Notes under the pieces: generated by a model
Seen by the model: only the letters and a program-made list of their open reading frames with translations
Told to the model about the DNA's origin: nothing
Database searches by the model: none
In this document: positions 62,194 through 64,000 of the stretch, piece by piece
Layout: each line of letters opens with the position of its first letter
Position numbering within the stretch: position 1 is the stretch's first letter
Assembly (NCBI GenBank): GCA_905236565.1
Contig: CAJORB010000043.1
Span: 9,971 to 73,970, forward strand
From: an uncultured Treponema sp.
GTDB taxonomy: Bacteria; Spirochaetota; Spirochaetia; Treponematales; Treponemataceae
Length of the DNA stretch: 64,000 nucleotides
Direction: 5' to 3'
Program-made: the position numbers and the translations under genes

Positions 62194-63408
62194 ATGCTGT
62201 TATCTGTTGTTTTTTCAAAACCCGTGTCTAATATAGAAGAAATCCTCGAAAAACCCTATAAAAGGGTCAAAATTAAGGTAAATCCGTCTTCTATCGGGCT
62301 TTCTTATTTTGCAGAATTCTTTACAGAAAAGCAGTCTTTTCATAAAACCTTTTCAAAAGACGAACTCGATTCTTTCATAAAACAGCATGCCGGAACTACA
62401 TTTAAAAACTGCGTCCAGCTTTACACCGACCGCGAAATAACGGTTCTTGCAAACAAAAAAGGAAAAATTACAACCCTCGAGCGTTCGCGCACTCCCGACA
62501 GTTCAGCCACACCTGACGCCATGACTTCTCCCGACAGGCATATTAAAAACTACATCATCCGCGAAGGATCTCCAGTCCCGTTTTTGATTTCTCTTGGAGT
62601 AATGACTCCAGACGGGAAGGTTATAAAACCGCGCTACGATAAGTTTAAGCAGATAAACCGCTTTTTAGAATACATCGATGACATTCTTCCTTCTGTAGTT
62701 GAACAAAAGAAAACCGAAAACACGCCTCTTTACATACTCGATTTTGGCTGCGGAAAAAGTTATCTTACTTTTGCAGTTCACTATTTTCTTACACAGATTA
62801 AAAAAATCGACTGCAAAATAACCGGGCTCGATTTAAAAGAAGATGTAATTGAACACTGCAATAAACTTGCAAAAGAATTTAAATGCGAAGGTCTTTCTTT
62901 TAAGACAGGCGACATCGCAGAATATTCTGAAGAAAAAATAAATCCTGATATAATAATTACACTCCACGCATGTGATACAGCAACAGACTTTGCACTTAAA
63001 TATGCTGTTTCAAAAAACGCAAAGGCAATTCTTTCTGTTCCATGCTGTCAGCACGAAGTAAAATCACAGCTCGATAAAAACAAAGCTGAACTTTTAAAAA
63101 AGGATGATTCTCTTCTTTCTCCTGTTTTAAAACACGGGCTTATCCGCGAAAGAATTGCGGCGCTCATTACAGATTCACTTCGCGCAGAATATCTTGAGTC
63201 GTGTGGTTATAAAGTTGACATTATGGAATTTATTGACATGAGTCACACACCTAAAAACATTCTTCTTCGCGCAATAAAAAAACGCAGTTCCGGTGCTACG
63301 GGTACTGATTCCGGCGCCGCATGTGAAAGCACAGATACTGATTCGCGCGAAATTTCAAAACCAAAGCTCATCGATTATCTTAAAATAGATCCTCAAATCT
63401 GGAAATAA
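62194..63408 (+). CDS. Class I SAM-dependent methyltransferase
   Basis: KFKQINRFLE, LDFGCGKSYLTF, LHACDTATD, VPCCQHE, HTPKN. Confidence 0.9.
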   Translation: MLLSVVFSKPVSNIEEILEKPYKRVKIKVNPSSIGLSYFAEFFTEKQSFHKTFSKDELDSFIKQHAGTTFKNCVQLYTDREITVLANKKGKITTLERSRTPDSSATPDAMTSPDRHIKNYIIREGSPVPFLISLGVMTPDGKVIKPRYDKFKQINRFLEYIDDILPSVVEQKKTENTPLYILDFGCGKSYLTFAVHYFLTQIKKIDCKITGLDLKEDVIEHCNKLAKEFKCEGLSFKTGDIAEYSEEKINPDIIITLHACDTATDFALKYAVSKNAKAILSVPCCQHEVKSQLDKNKAELLKKDDSLLSPVLKHGLIRERIAALITDSLRAEYLESCGYKVDIMEFIDMSHTPKNILLRAIKKRSSGATGTDSGAACESTDTDSREISKPKLIDYLKIDPQIWK

Positions 63409-63437
63409 AACCGCAGCAAAACCATCAAGGAGTTATC

Positions 63438-64000
63438 ATGGCAGAAACACTAAAAACAGATTCATTTGAAATGCGTTATTCAAAATTTGGTGAAGGAGAA
63501 AAAATTTTTGTAATCATTCCAGGAATAAGTTTAAAATCTGTTTTAAACTCCGAAGGGGCTGTAATAAGACAGTATAAAAAAATTGCTGCAAATCATACAT
63601 GCTATCTTTTTGACAGAATAACAAAGTTCCCACATGAATATTCTGTAAAACAGATGGCAGAAGACACAGCAGCCGCAATGCAGAAACTTAATATAAAAAA
63701 TGCAGTCGTATTCGGAACCTCACAGGGCGGAATGATTGCTCAATCCATTGCAATAAATCATCCTGAACTTGTTTCTAAACTCATTCTTGCTTCGACTGCT
63801 TCAAGAATAAATGAAAAAGCAAAAAATATTTTTGACAGCTGGGTTCTCTATGCAAAAACAAAACCAGTTCAGGAATTAATTTCACTTTTTGTTTCTGACG
63901 TTTATTCAGAGGAGTTCTGCGAAACTTACAAAAACGCGCTCATTTCGATTTTGAGTGATGCAACAGAAGAAGAAATTTCGCGCTTTACCATAATGTCTGA
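63438..64000 (+). CDS. Alpha/beta-hydrolase, partial (runs off window)
   Basis: Not in the ORF track; hand-translated MAETLKTDSFEMRYSKFGEG...IIPG...VFGTSQGGMIAQ...HPELVSKLIL; AAGGAG SD. Confidence 0.85.
   Translation, partial: MAETLKTDSFEMRYSKFGEGEKIFVIIPGISLKSVLNSEGAVIRQYKKIAANHTCYLFDRITKFPHEYSVKQMAEDTAAAMQKLNIKNAVVFGTSQGGMIAQSIAINHPELVSKLILASTASRINEKAKNIFDSWVLYAKTKPVQELISLFVSDVYSEEFCETYKNALISILSDATEEEISRFTIMS

Noticed and set aside
62040-62195. 52-aa N-terminal extension of the ECF sigma in the ORF track
   Set aside because: Overlaps the putative promoter and the divergent gene start; the SD supports ATG 62039.
62224-62232. Fourth copy of the ECF -10 box (GTGTCTAAT) on the plus strand
   Set aside because: Inside the methyltransferase CDS with no AGTRACA 16 nt upstream.

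Overview
Bacterial chromosomal window, most likely from a Treponema-like spirochete (inferred from a TP0733-type beta-barrel, carD-ispDF linkage, a long spirochetal coiled-coil protein and groEL without groES). Left end (1-5571): an AT-rich defence-type island. A minus-strand operon encodes a C5-methyltransferase, an OLD-like ABC-ATPase/TOPRIM nuclease, a second C5-methyltransferase and a GHKL/MORC ATPase that runs off the window, with vsr divergent. Middle: mostly housekeeping genes (nucleoside-type ABC transporter, rny, lptB, a fused lptC-lptA, miaB, folD, rarA, adk, ilvB, rqcH, DEAD-box helicase, carD, ispDF, mnmA, groEL, rnhA, SulP). Right end (53656-62093) is the most interesting part: ECF sigma factor, membrane anti-sigma-like protein, exported caspase-like protease with a repeat region and outer-membrane-type C-terminus, TonB-dependent receptor, then exbB-exbD-exbD-tonB. 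Three copies of one ECF-type promoter motif (AGTRACA-N16-GTGTCTNAT) tie these genes together, and an R-x-K/R-G motif is shared by the protease and the anti-sigma. I propose a caspase-gated envelope signalling system controlling TonB-dependent uptake. No rRNA, tRNA, CRISPR array, transposase or integrase was recognised. All family calls come from motif reading and recall, not database searches.
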